64,000 nucleotides of DNA from Methanocella sp. PtaU1.Bin125 (GTDB lineage: Archaea > Halobacteriota > Methanocellia > Methanocellales > Methanocellaceae): positions 577-64,576 of the forward strand of contig MVRA01000187.1 in NCBI GenBank assembly GCA_002067315.1, in the 5' to 3' direction. Every line of letters starts with the position of its first letter. Position 1 is the first letter of the stretch. Positions 17,201 to 25,346 of the stretch are shown one piece after another. The position numbers were made by a program, and so were the translations under genes. The notes beneath the pieces were generated by a model. That model did not search any database. It was not told where the DNA came from and saw only the letters and a program-made list of their open reading frames with translations.

Positions 17201-18214
17201 TTAAAAGGTGCAATTACATTCAATTTTTTTATAATTCAATTTTAATCTACTCCAAACACCAAGTGTTTCTTTACACAGTGCTATTTTAGAAAATTTATGA
17301 TTATCATTTAGATAACTAATCAAGTAATTATACATGTTATAACGGGTCTCGTCATCGATTTTACGCCCCCAATTCGAACTCACTGAAAGATAGTCAACCC
17401 AGGACTTATCTTTCGAATTATTAATAGTTGATTGGAGCCCCCTTAATGAACCAATTGTTATTCGGTCAGGTACGAAACTTGAAAAGATATCATCTACAAG
17501 CCTAGAATAATGCTCTTTCCACTTCTCGATTGGAACCATAGGGTCGATACGTACCCTTGTCTGGTATCCGGCATCATAGACCTTTTTCGCAGCTTTGATA
17601 CGGTCTTTAATAGTAGGAGCCTTATGCTCCCATTTTTTTGATACAATATCAGCATTTAGGCTAAAGCCCATTACTATTCTGTCCGGTCTTTTAAGATCAA
17701 CGATGTTTTTAACAAGGGTCGATTTTGTTAGGAATAATACTCTATACTTGCCTTGAGGATCATAATCGTCGAGCACTCTTACTATAAATCTTGAGAACGG
17801 TTTGTTGCTACCTTCGCTTAGTAATGCATCAGATAATTCCCCTGCATTCAAAAGCTCATGCTCAGAAGAATTTTCAGCAATAAATCGCTTGATATGGGCT
17901 TCTATAGTTTTATAATCTTTAAATTTTGGGCTTCCATTCTTCCACTCTGGATGAAATCTATATGTGCCTTGCAGGAAACACCATGCACAATCAAATTTGC
18001 ATCCATTAGCCCATTTTAATTCTATAAAGTGCGGACAAACAACATCAGATTCATTTTTTGGTACTGGCGTTTTATTAAATAACGCGATGATGGTACCATC
18101 TAATATTTTATTAATCCTCATCTCAGTTGAACCATTGAGTGTAGGATAAGTTTTATTTGACAAAAGATTCTCCCCGCAATTTTCGATTAAACCGAATTCG
18201 GTTAATGTTGACAT
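17201..18214 (-). CDS. Radical SAM protein, spore-photoproduct-lyase/SplB-like (CxxxCxxC)
   Basis: 337-aa ORF. Motif NGCKFDCAWCFLQG (C-x3-C-x2-C). Size and layout resemble COG1533-type 'DNA repair photolyase' radical SAM enzymes. First gene of a two-gene operon with the TcmP-like gene. Confidence 0.7.
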   Translation of the reverse strand: MSTLTEFGLIENCGENLLSNKTYPTLNGSTEMRINKILDGTIIALFNKTPVPKNESDVVCPHFIELKWANGCKFDCAWCFLQGTYRFHPEWKNGSPKFKDYKTIEAHIKRFIAENSSEHELLNAGELSDALLSEGSNKPFSRFIVRVLDDYDPQGKYRVLFLTKSTLVKNIVDLKRPDRIVMGFSLNADIVSKKWEHKAPTIKDRIKAAKKVYDAGYQTRVRIDPMVPIEKWKEHYSRLVDDIFSSFVPDRITIGSLRGLQSTINNSKDKSWVDYLSVSSNWGRKIDDETRYNMYNYLISYLNDNHKFSKIALCKETLGVWSRLKLNYKKIECNCTF

Positions 18215-18415
18215 TATCTCTCTTGTCCTTTATTAATCCTTTCAATTAATTGCGATTAAGTATTAACTATTAATTAATACTTATAAATTTGTTCGTGTAT
18301 AAATTATTGTAGAATAAGCATACTGAAAATAATAAAATGTTTAAATGGTTGATATTATGAGCCATAGGTTACGTATCTACTGCAAAAAAAATTGGATGGA
18401 TTCTTCTCATATGAC

Positions 18416-18429
18416 CCCATCATACTTCT
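18416..18429. repeat. Right copy of 14-bp direct repeat CCCATCATACTTCT
   Basis: Identical to 14501-14514. The composition change back towards higher GC begins shortly after it. Confidence 0.7.
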
Positions 18430-18468
18430 CATGCTTTTATTAAACACTGCAGTCTATTCTGTATAAAA

Positions 18469-19530
18469 GGGACTGTTGCAAAATTAGGTAGCAAGTATAT
18501 TGGCATCTGAGCCGTCATCGTTTTTATGACTAGTAAAAACGGATGTGTTGGCTGGCAGATGCCGGTTTATTGTTTTGATTGTCAATGTAAAATACTTTCT
18601 GACCCTGTCATCGAGGTGCTGGAGTCGGTGGACTGGCGCCAGTTCTCGTTCCTAGAACGTTACAAGGGCAGGGGCAGGCGTCGTGTTCATAACCGGATCG
18701 GTTTGTTGCGGGCTCTTTTATACATGAAGCTCGCGGGGATTCCCAGCGTCCACGAGCTATTACGTGTGTTGGCGCGTGATCCGTATAAAATGAAGATTCT
18801 TGGCCTTGAACGTCTGCCCAGTGATAGCGTGTTCAGCAGATTCAAACGAGAACTGGGAAAGAGCATAGACCGGCTAGTATCATTGATAGCTGGCAAGCTC
18901 CATGAACTGGATCCGGACATGTTTGTCAAGCTGGGTGCCGACAGTACGAAGCTCGAGGCGTGCAAGAAAGATAGACAGTCCGGTTGGGGCTTTGACCATA
19001 TCGACCGGCGTTTCTATAAGGGATACAAGGTCCACTTGTTGTATGATACAAGGCTGCTGGTGCCCGTTTGTTTCGCGGTGACCAGTGCTAGTGTGCATGA
19101 TAACCTGGTGCTTCGCAGACTGGTAGGAAAGCTAGGAGCGGGGATATTGAAAGCAGCCGGACTCTTCCTTGATCGTGCTTACGATAGTCGGGCGAACGTC
19201 GAGGATTTCGCCCGTGCCGGAGTAACAGTGATCAACAGGAAGAATAAGCGAAATGCGAAGAATGTTAAGGGAAAATATCGTTTACAGGACTATTGCCAGG
19301 TCCACGGGAACAGGCTGAACCATTTATATAAAACCAGGAACGATTGCGAAGTGACAAACAGCCTTTTAAAAGAACGTCTCGGCCTTCAAAAGAAAAAGAC
19401 GAAAGGCATTATCAGAAACCGGGTGAAAGCCGGATTGAGCATACTGGCCAGACAAATCCAAGTACTACACCAGCTTTTACAAGAAGCCGACCCTCGGACG
19501 ACCATCATGAACTAATTATGCAACAGCCCC
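18469..19530 (+). mobile_element. Insertion sequence, IS4/IS5-type (DDE transposase), with 7-bp flanking direct repeat
   Basis: Imperfect terminal inverted repeats GGGACTGTTGCAAAATTAG (left) and CTAATTATGCAACAGCCCC (right). TATAAAA occurs directly outside both ends (18462-18468 and 19531-19537). Single transposase ORF inside. Confidence 0.85.
18526..19515 (+). CDS. IS4/IS5-family DDE transposase
   Basis: 329-aa ORF. DDE_Tnp_1-like blocks (GADSTKLEA, YKGYKVHLLYD, LDRAYDS) and the Y-x2-R-x3-E-x6-K signature (YKTRNDCEVTNSLLK). Confidence 0.85.
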   Translation: MTSKNGCVGWQMPVYCFDCQCKILSDPVIEVLESVDWRQFSFLERYKGRGRRRVHNRIGLLRALLYMKLAGIPSVHELLRVLARDPYKMKILGLERLPSDSVFSRFKRELGKSIDRLVSLIAGKLHELDPDMFVKLGADSTKLEACKKDRQSGWGFDHIDRRFYKGYKVHLLYDTRLLVPVCFAVTSASVHDNLVLRRLVGKLGAGILKAAGLFLDRAYDSRANVEDFARAGVTVINRKNKRNAKNVKGKYRLQDYCQVHGNRLNHLYKTRNDCEVTNSLLKERLGLQKKKTKGIIRNRVKAGLSILARQIQVLHQLLQEADPRTTIMN

Positions 19531-19614
19531 TATAAAACATAAAAGTTCGTGACCTGTTTGTCGAATCTGCCGGTCGGGCCCGTAATACCTTATTATCCTG
19601 CAGCTGGGGCCCGT

Positions 19615-19911
19615 TCACTCAAGCATCGAATTCTCGATGATTTCATTCCATGTTCTGTCCTTTAAAAACCGGGCCATGTACAATGTAAAAGGTATACAGA
19701 CTAACAATGCAAGAAACGTCGAGAATCCCAAAATTATAGTTCCACCGTCGTTGTACGTTTGCTGGTCTATGATCAGTGGCGTTACCAGTGAAATTACTCC
19801 TATCACCAGATCTAAAATAAAAGCGATCACGGCTGCTAAAAGAATAGCTAACGTAAATGTACATACAAGGCCCGCAATGATAGCGAATACGTATCTTTCC
19901 CACAACTTCAT
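19615..19911 (-). CDS. Small integral membrane protein
   Basis: 98-aa ORF with three hydrophobic helices. Low-GC context. Confidence 0.5.
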   Translation of the reverse strand: MKLWERYVFAIIAGLVCTFTLAILLAAVIAFILDLVIGVISLVTPLIIDQQTYNDGGTIILGFSTFLALLVCIPFTLYMARFLKDRTWNEIIENSMLE

Positions 19912-20088
19912 ATGCTACACCGTAAATAACGTAATCGTGCTACTGATCGGCTATCGCATGTTATTAATAGTAAAATTCGCGGGAAAGAGGATTAATCTTT
20001 CCCGTAAATACCGGCCCAGGGAATGACATTTTATATTATAGCTACCGATTAATGACTAATCCGGACTCTTTTTAAGCGGAATCCCTTG

Positions 20089-20997
20089 TTAAAAGACCTC
20101 ACAGTCTATCCGATCCAGAGTATAGTATTTCTGGCCAGTCGCACTGGTACTGACAGCAATATGATAATAGTCCAGCTGCTCTTGCATCAATGTCGTCGGG
20201 TCCGGCGGCAGGCGTATCCGGAGGCCGATTTCATTCCGGCTGCTGTGGAGCAGGCCCCAGGAAAAAATGGTCATATACCTGATCTCTTCCGGCCCGCCGG
20301 GGCCATAAATCGCGTAGGTATCGATGGCGTAAACGGCATCTGATTGATCGCCGCCGGACAGGTCGGTATACTGCCATTGATTGAGCGTGGTGGAAAAACG
20401 GTTTTTAACTTTATCGGTTCGAGTATCCGGGCTGTGCATGACGGGCTTACTGGAAGAGGCCAGGACGTCTTCCTGTGCATATTTCGGCCACGTATTATCG
20501 TGCAGGCTGTCGGTAGCTGTTGATAGCATGACCGCAAAATAGTCCTCTTCTCCGTGGAGATTCATAGTGGAGAAAGAACTAACGTCTAAGCTCTCGTCGA
20601 CCCTGAGTGTAATGGTTTTCAGGCCGTTCGCCGACAGTAATCCGTAACTCGATCTCGTGGCCCCGAAGCCGGCGATTTTTATCGGTATTCTCCAACCCGT
20701 TTCGAACGGGCCCTTGAACCAGAACGCGTGGGGAGCAATAGAAACAGACATGACGTTGTAACTATCGCTTTTCAGGGGAAAGATACCGCTCGACGTCTTG
20801 ACTACTTTTGTCCAGACGAAATAGGAAGCGTTTTCGCCTGGTATATTGGACGGATAATTTACCGGCGTTGTTATTACTGTTCCCGGGTCTTCCGATTTTA
20901 GCAGGACAGTGTACAATATGAACACTAATATTACGATAGCCAGCAGGGCAATGATTTGAAACACCAGCTTTTTACTGAAAAATTTCTTAATGTCCAT
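20089..20997 (-). CDS. Membrane-anchored extracellular hypothetical protein
   Basis: 302-aa ORF. N-terminal anchor helix (LVFQIIALLAIVILVFILYTVLL). No family recognised. Confidence 0.6.
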   Translation of the reverse strand: MDIKKFFSKKLVFQIIALLAIVILVFILYTVLLKSEDPGTVITTPVNYPSNIPGENASYFVWTKVVKTSSGIFPLKSDSYNVMSVSIAPHAFWFKGPFETGWRIPIKIAGFGATRSSYGLLSANGLKTITLRVDESLDVSSFSTMNLHGEEDYFAVMLSTATDSLHDNTWPKYAQEDVLASSSKPVMHSPDTRTDKVKNRFSTTLNQWQYTDLSGGDQSDAVYAIDTYAIYGPGGPEEIRYMTIFSWGLLHSSRNEIGLRIRLPPDPTTLMQEQLDYYHIAVSTSATGQKYYTLDRIDCEVF

Positions 20998-21120
20998 ACT
21001 ATCACGAGACGCCAGCAGTCTATCGGAAATTATTACTAAATATGGGCTTCTTGAGGTAAATATTATCCTCCGGGTGATTATTGGCCGACCTTATAACTTA
21101 TATGACAATCGCAGCCACAC

Positions 21121-21230
21121 GATCGGCAGGAACGGTTAATGCATTGTGCCGATCTGCAGGAACGGTTAATGCATTGTGCCGATCTGCAGGAACGGTTAAT
21201 ACAAGTATCGATTGGCAGGAAAGCTTAATG
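21121..21230. repeat. 30-bp tandem repeat (GATCKGCAGGAACGGTTAATGCATTGTGCC) x2.7 plus a degenerate fourth core
   Basis: Units at 21121-21150, 21151-21180 and 21181-~21202. Related core GATTGGCAGGAAAGCTTAATG at ~21210-21230. Confidence 0.85.
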
Positions 21231-21428
21231 AGTGGTGTCATCATTGAGCTTATTATGTCCCGGCGCAAGGAGCCTCGCGAAAAGAAACTCCGGCGAGTGA
21301 AGAGCAAGCGTTGCTACCTTTGTTCCAGGCCCATCCCCCCGGGCGAGGAGCTCTGCGTCGGGCCGGACCTGTGGATTTGCCCTAACTGTATCGTCAGAAT
21401 GGTGAAATGGGGAGTGGCGCATGTGTAG
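21228..21428 (+). CDS. Possible small basic zinc-finger protein
   Basis: ATG at 21228 (or 21258) gives ...RRKEPREKKLRRVKSKRCYLCSRPIPPGEELCVGPDLWICPNCIV..., with CxxC...CxxC. The part of the track ORF upstream of 21228 merely translates the tandem repeat. Confidence 0.35.
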   Translation: MSGVIIELIMSRRKEPREKKLRRVKSKRCYLCSRPIPPGEELCVGPDLWICPNCIVRMVKWGVAHV

Positions 21429-21628
21429 GCTGCCGCTTGTCCCTGTCTAATCATGTCGTGCAGGCCTGCCCGGTCACGCATGCGTTTCTTAAGGCCGCGC
21501 TCGCTGCGTCACATGAAAATGTTCTCCGTTTCTGCATGCGCAGAAGTAAAGCGCGCCCGGTTCGCCACGTACCGCCAGGTCCGCCAGGGTTTAGATGAAA
21601 GATGATTCACACCTGCCATAAAAGACGT

Positions 21629-21850
21629 GGCGAGCCTGGCGGTCCCTGCCGAGCCTGGCGCGCTGTAACGCTGCGCATAGCCTTGACAATGCCCAATTTT
21701 CATACGTCTTCACATGAAAACAATACGTTTTCATAACCGATCCTGGCGGAATCTACCCTGGCGCTCTTATCCCTCCCGGCGCTCCTGGCGAGCGTAACAG
21801 CAGTCGCATAGCCTGAACAAGGCCAATTTTCATCTGTCTTCTCATGAAAC
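21629..21850. repeat. Two tandem degenerate half-units of the CCTTGGCGC family ending in TTTTCAT...CATGAAA motifs
   Basis: ...CCTGGCGCGCTGTAACGCTGCGCATAGCCTTGACAATGCCCAATTTTCATACGTCTTCACATGAAAA and ...CCTGGCGAGCGTAACAGCAGTCGCATAGCCTGAACAAGGCCAATTTTCATCTGTCTTCTCATGAAA. Both resemble the arm at 47415-47510. Confidence 0.65.
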
Positions 21851-22281
21851 GCCGATGAGCTTGCTGCACAGGCATATACGATGAAAATCCCGAGAGTCTT
21901 TCATACGAAAAACTTATTCAAAGTCTGGCCCGATCGGCGATGGTGAAGCCCGCGCGCTGGCCTTCGTCGTATTCCCGCCTACAGCGGAGGCTGTGCGCTG
22001 CCCGCCCTCCCACCCCTGGCGCGCATGCGCGATGTTCTTATGACGATTGATGGGCCATGTTTTTCAGTCATTTATGCCTGACCAAAATCCCGGTCATAGA
22101 CGGACTCAGATGAAAACTCATTTTCATATACGAGTTCTCTACGTTCGCTCCGCTTGATGCAGCCTGTTTAATCGCGCCTTGCGTCACCAAATGCAATTCC
22201 GGCGAATGGCGAGGATCTTTCCTTCTTCAACGATTACACGATTAGTTTTATAGCCCGACAACCGGATACCTAGCTGTTAAC

Positions 22282-23313
22282 ATGGAAGATCCGTTAAAAA
22301 AGGTGGCCGAGCAGTCCATTAACGGAAAGCACGGGGCCCCGCGGTTTGATACTGGCGCGCTGAAGTTTACCGAGATCAACGACCGTTTCGTCACCTTCCA
22401 CCTGGATTCGCATGACGTGGCCGTCAGGATCGGTGACCTGACTTCTGAGGAGGCCGCACTAGCGAAATTGTATTACCGCGTGCCGGCCGGGCCGGGCCGT
22501 GCCCGGGACGTGGCTGGCGGCGACGACGCGCCGAAAGCGATCGGTGTGGGCCCGGGTCGGTCCGGCCTGTCGGAAAACCGTGAGCCGGCCGGGGCCGATA
22601 AGGTCGGCCTGACAGATGGCAGTCGGCCTGACGACCGGGAAAGGCTGGCCCGGCGGATTAGCGCGGCGAAAGACTGGCTGGGGGTTCCGCGGTTCAGCTA
22701 CAGCAAGCTGCGGGACGTGCGGATTCACGGCGACACGGTCACGTTCTACCTGGAGTCCGGCCCGCTGGCGGTCCCGATCGACGAGCTGAACCGGTCGGAA
22801 GCCTCTATCGCCTACGATCATTACCGCCCGAATGATCAGCCCCTGCGGGAGAAAAATATCGGCTTCATCAGGCGCCTCGACACGCCCCTGGTGTCTCCGT
22901 CCTATTACATCTATCACTCGCGGGGCATCATTTTAATGTTCGGTTTTTTGGCAGCCGTCTGGCTGCTCGTCATCGGAGTATCGGTACTGAACGGCATCGA
23001 AGCGGCCCCGTTCAATCACGACCGGGAGATCGCGATATCCCTCGCCCGGCAAAATGTCGATCTGCAAAACTATGCCGGCCAGAAAGACGTTACCATCGAC
23101 TACGAGGCCAGCTATTATAACCCGGAACGGCTCGCCACGACAGATCAGAAAAGCAATTACATGCGAGTACAGGCGCGGGTATGGATTCGCCACTGGACGG
23201 TCGGTTCCACGCCGGACCCGCACTCTCAGATATTGAGTGTCGAAATGTACTATATCGTCGTCGATCTCGTAAACAAGCGTGTCGTGTCAGCGCATCATAG
23301 TACTATCGTTTAA
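22282..23313 (+). CDS. Hypothetical membrane protein with duplicated N-terminal module
   Basis: 343-aa ORF. Two similar ~45-aa modules (F.....L.F.EI.D.FVTFHL.S..VAV.I..L...EA and F....LRDVRIHGDTVTFYLESGPLAVPIDELNRSEA). One TM helix (IILMFGFLAAVWLLVIGVSVL). Confidence 0.6.
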   Translation: MEDPLKKVAEQSINGKHGAPRFDTGALKFTEINDRFVTFHLDSHDVAVRIGDLTSEEAALAKLYYRVPAGPGRARDVAGGDDAPKAIGVGPGRSGLSENREPAGADKVGLTDGSRPDDRERLARRISAAKDWLGVPRFSYSKLRDVRIHGDTVTFYLESGPLAVPIDELNRSEASIAYDHYRPNDQPLREKNIGFIRRLDTPLVSPSYYIYHSRGIILMFGFLAAVWLLVIGVSVLNGIEAAPFNHDREIAISLARQNVDLQNYAGQKDVTIDYEASYYNPERLATTDQKSNYMRVQARVWIRHWTVGSTPDPHSQILSVEMYYIVVDLVNKRVVSAHHSTIV

Positions 23314-23353
23314 TCATTTAAGCGTATGAAAAAATGGTTCTACCGTTGAAAGG

Positions 23354-23686
23354 TCATACCACCCGCGGATCATACGGCTTGCCGTACGGTATCGGCTGCG
23401 GCGTCCCCGGATACCCGGGCGGCACCGGCACGCACTGCCGCGTGACCGGATCGAGGTAATAGCCGTACGGGCAGGCATACGGGCCTCGCGGCGGGAGCAG
23501 TCCCGCAGGCTGTTGCGTATAACTGCCCGGACTGCCCGGCATGATGCCCTGTGTTGCAGGGGCGCTCACATACTGTCCCCCGGCTGCCCATTGAGCTTCG
23601 ACCGCCGCTCCGATGGCCGGACCGGCGAGCAACGCCGCGATTGCCAGTATGAGTAAACTTTTCAAAGCTGCCTGAATTCCACTCAT
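23354..23686 (-). CDS. Small secreted Pro/Gly/Tyr-rich protein
   Basis: ATG at 23686 gives a signal peptide (MSGIQAALKSLLILAIAALLAGPAIGAAVEA). The mature part is P/G/Y-rich with two Cys. Confidence 0.5.
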   Translation of the reverse strand: MSGIQAALKSLLILAIAALLAGPAIGAAVEAQWAAGGQYVSAPATQGIMPGSPGSYTQQPAGLLPPRGPYACPYGYYLDPVTRQCVPVPPGYPGTPQPIPYGKPYDPRVV

Positions 23687-24073
23687 GATCTCACCATTAT
23701 ACCTGATATGCTGAAAATGGGCTCTGAATAAAAATGAGGGGCACAAACGGGCGATATATGCCGATATCTGGTTCAGTGCCCGGGTCGATCAACCGCTATC
23801 GTATCTATGGGTGCATGAATGACTGTATTCCGGCCACTTCGTGTGTTCACGGCCTCATCGAACGGCGAGATATTGCTACAGGCACATTGATCATAATGGG
23901 GACATAATGGGTACGCCCTGCGTTAACTTCCGAAACGTTATCTCATAATTGCTTCTATTAAATTACAGCCATATAAATTCAATATTGAACAAATAAACGT
24001 TATTTTAATATAGTACCTGAAACAAAAGCTTACAATTACAGAGATTATCCATGTGGGGGCAGAGTCACGGTGG

Positions 24074-24466
24074 ATGTCTATGTCCCAATCCAGACCCCTG
24101 ATCAGATCTATCCTAAAAGGTAAACGGCGGGGCAACGGCCAACCGGCCCCGGCGAGTGACGAGCTGACGGACGACGTCCGGCTGCTGGAAGAGATCTCGC
24201 TCCAGGTCGAGCGGGAAAAGTTTTCCGGGGGCTTCGATGCCAGGCACCCGGGAGAGCATAAAGCTTCCCTGCAGGCGAAAATGGACGACCTCCGTGCGGG
24301 CAGGAGGAAAAAGCCCGCCCCGAAGCATAACCGGGCGCTGAGAGAAGCCGAACGGGCCGCGCTGCAGAAGCGGATGACGCCGGGCAGGTACCGGCAGATG
24401 ATGAAGGAGCACCTGGAGATACTGCCGCTCGTTTATAAGAAAATGGATAACAACGCGCCACTTTAG
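24074..24466 (+). CDS. Basic hypothetical protein ending at an in-frame TAG
   Basis: High third-position GC and a coding-like sequence. Terminates at TAG 24464-24466. The same frame stays open for 84 further codons. Confidence 0.45.
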   Translation: MSMSQSRPLIRSILKGKRRGNGQPAPASDELTDDVRLLEEISLQVEREKFSGGFDARHPGEHKASLQAKMDDLRAGRRKKPAPKHNRALREAERAALQKRMTPGRYRQMMKEHLEILPLVYKKMDNNAPL

Positions 24467-24721
24467 CATCGGCTGTCATTTGACCATTTAAAAATTATCT
24501 ATTACGACGACCGGGAGCAAGGGGTCCGGGCAGAGATTTTCTTTTATTTGCCCGGAGACGTCAACTATACGTTCAACATCAGGCACCTGGCCGCCGGCGA
24601 ATCCAGCGTCTATCGACAGCGGAGCCCGTTGATCGTCAACTACTCGAAGGGGACCCCGACGATCTGGTACAACGACATCAGCCACCCGCTGCCCGAGCAG
24701 TGCTCGGCCCTTGATTATTAA
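24467..24721 (+). other. Coding-like open frame with no ATG/GTG/TTG start, in-frame continuation after TAG
   Basis: Translation ...KIIYYDDREQGVRAEIFFYLPGDVNYTFNIRHLAAGESSVYRQRSPLIVNYSKGTPTIWYNDISHPLPEQCSALDY*. Strongly GC3-biased like genuine genes here. The listed antisense ORF 24488..24685 looks like its shadow. Confidence 0.4.
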
Positions 24722-24779
24722 TACCCGGGGGCCCGGGAAGGTATCATATACCTGCTCATCATAATATTAATGGATAATT

Positions 24780-25196
24780 ATGTATACGAAATTCACCGGC
24801 GCTCTGGTCGCGGGCGTCGTCTTCGGGTTCCTGATCGGCATGACTGCCGCGCTCTTTTGCCTGTTGCCGGTCAGCTTCGTTCTCATGCTGATCGCCGGCG
24901 TCTTCGCTGTCCTCCTCGCGCGCAACGACATCCGGAACGCTACCGATGCGCTGATATCGTCCGGCACGGCAGGCGGAATCTCCGGCGTCGTCGGGACTGC
25001 CGTCGCCACCGTCGGCATAATACTGATCACTTACCTGTCCCGGTACATGAATTATCAGCCATACACGCTACGGGAACTGGCCGGCGGAGGCATCTACGCG
25101 CTGTTCTGCGCGCCCGTGCTCGTCGTCGCGGGCGTCATCCTCGCGGCTATCGGCGGGTACGTCTACTACGAGTTAGCTGTAAAAAGGGCCGTTTAG
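24780..25196 (+). CDS. Integral membrane protein (about 4 TM helices)
   Basis: 138-aa hydrophobic ORF. Helices are separated by short polar loops. Confidence 0.6.
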   Translation: MYTKFTGALVAGVVFGFLIGMTAALFCLLPVSFVLMLIAGVFAVLLARNDIRNATDALISSGTAGGISGVVGTAVATVGIILITYLSRYMNYQPYTLRELAGGGIYALFCAPVLVVAGVILAAIGGYVYYELAVKRAV

Positions 25197-25346
25197 GCCG
25201 ATAGGGCCGCAATTTTTGTTAGTTCCGGCCCGTGTACGGCCGCCCGGCTACTACACTGAAAGCCGTGGCAATAAATCTCGTCCCTGCATATGTATACTTG
25301 ACAACGGTTGAAGGTGCGATAATCGATAGGAGCAGGCAGGTTGCCC

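Noticed and set aside
14501-21430. The island interpreted as an intact provirus or integrative plasmid
   Set aside because: No integrase, capsid, replication or partition genes are recognisable. Only a short att-like repeat, cargo genes and an IS are present, so at most it is a remnant or a mobilisable islet.
24464-24466. The in-frame TAG interpreted as pyrrolysine
   Set aside because: The protein has no similarity to methylamine methyltransferases, and no pyl genes are visible in the window. The lineage suggested by the other genes is not known to me to encode Pyl. Nonsense mutation, sequencing error or read-through remain the simpler options.
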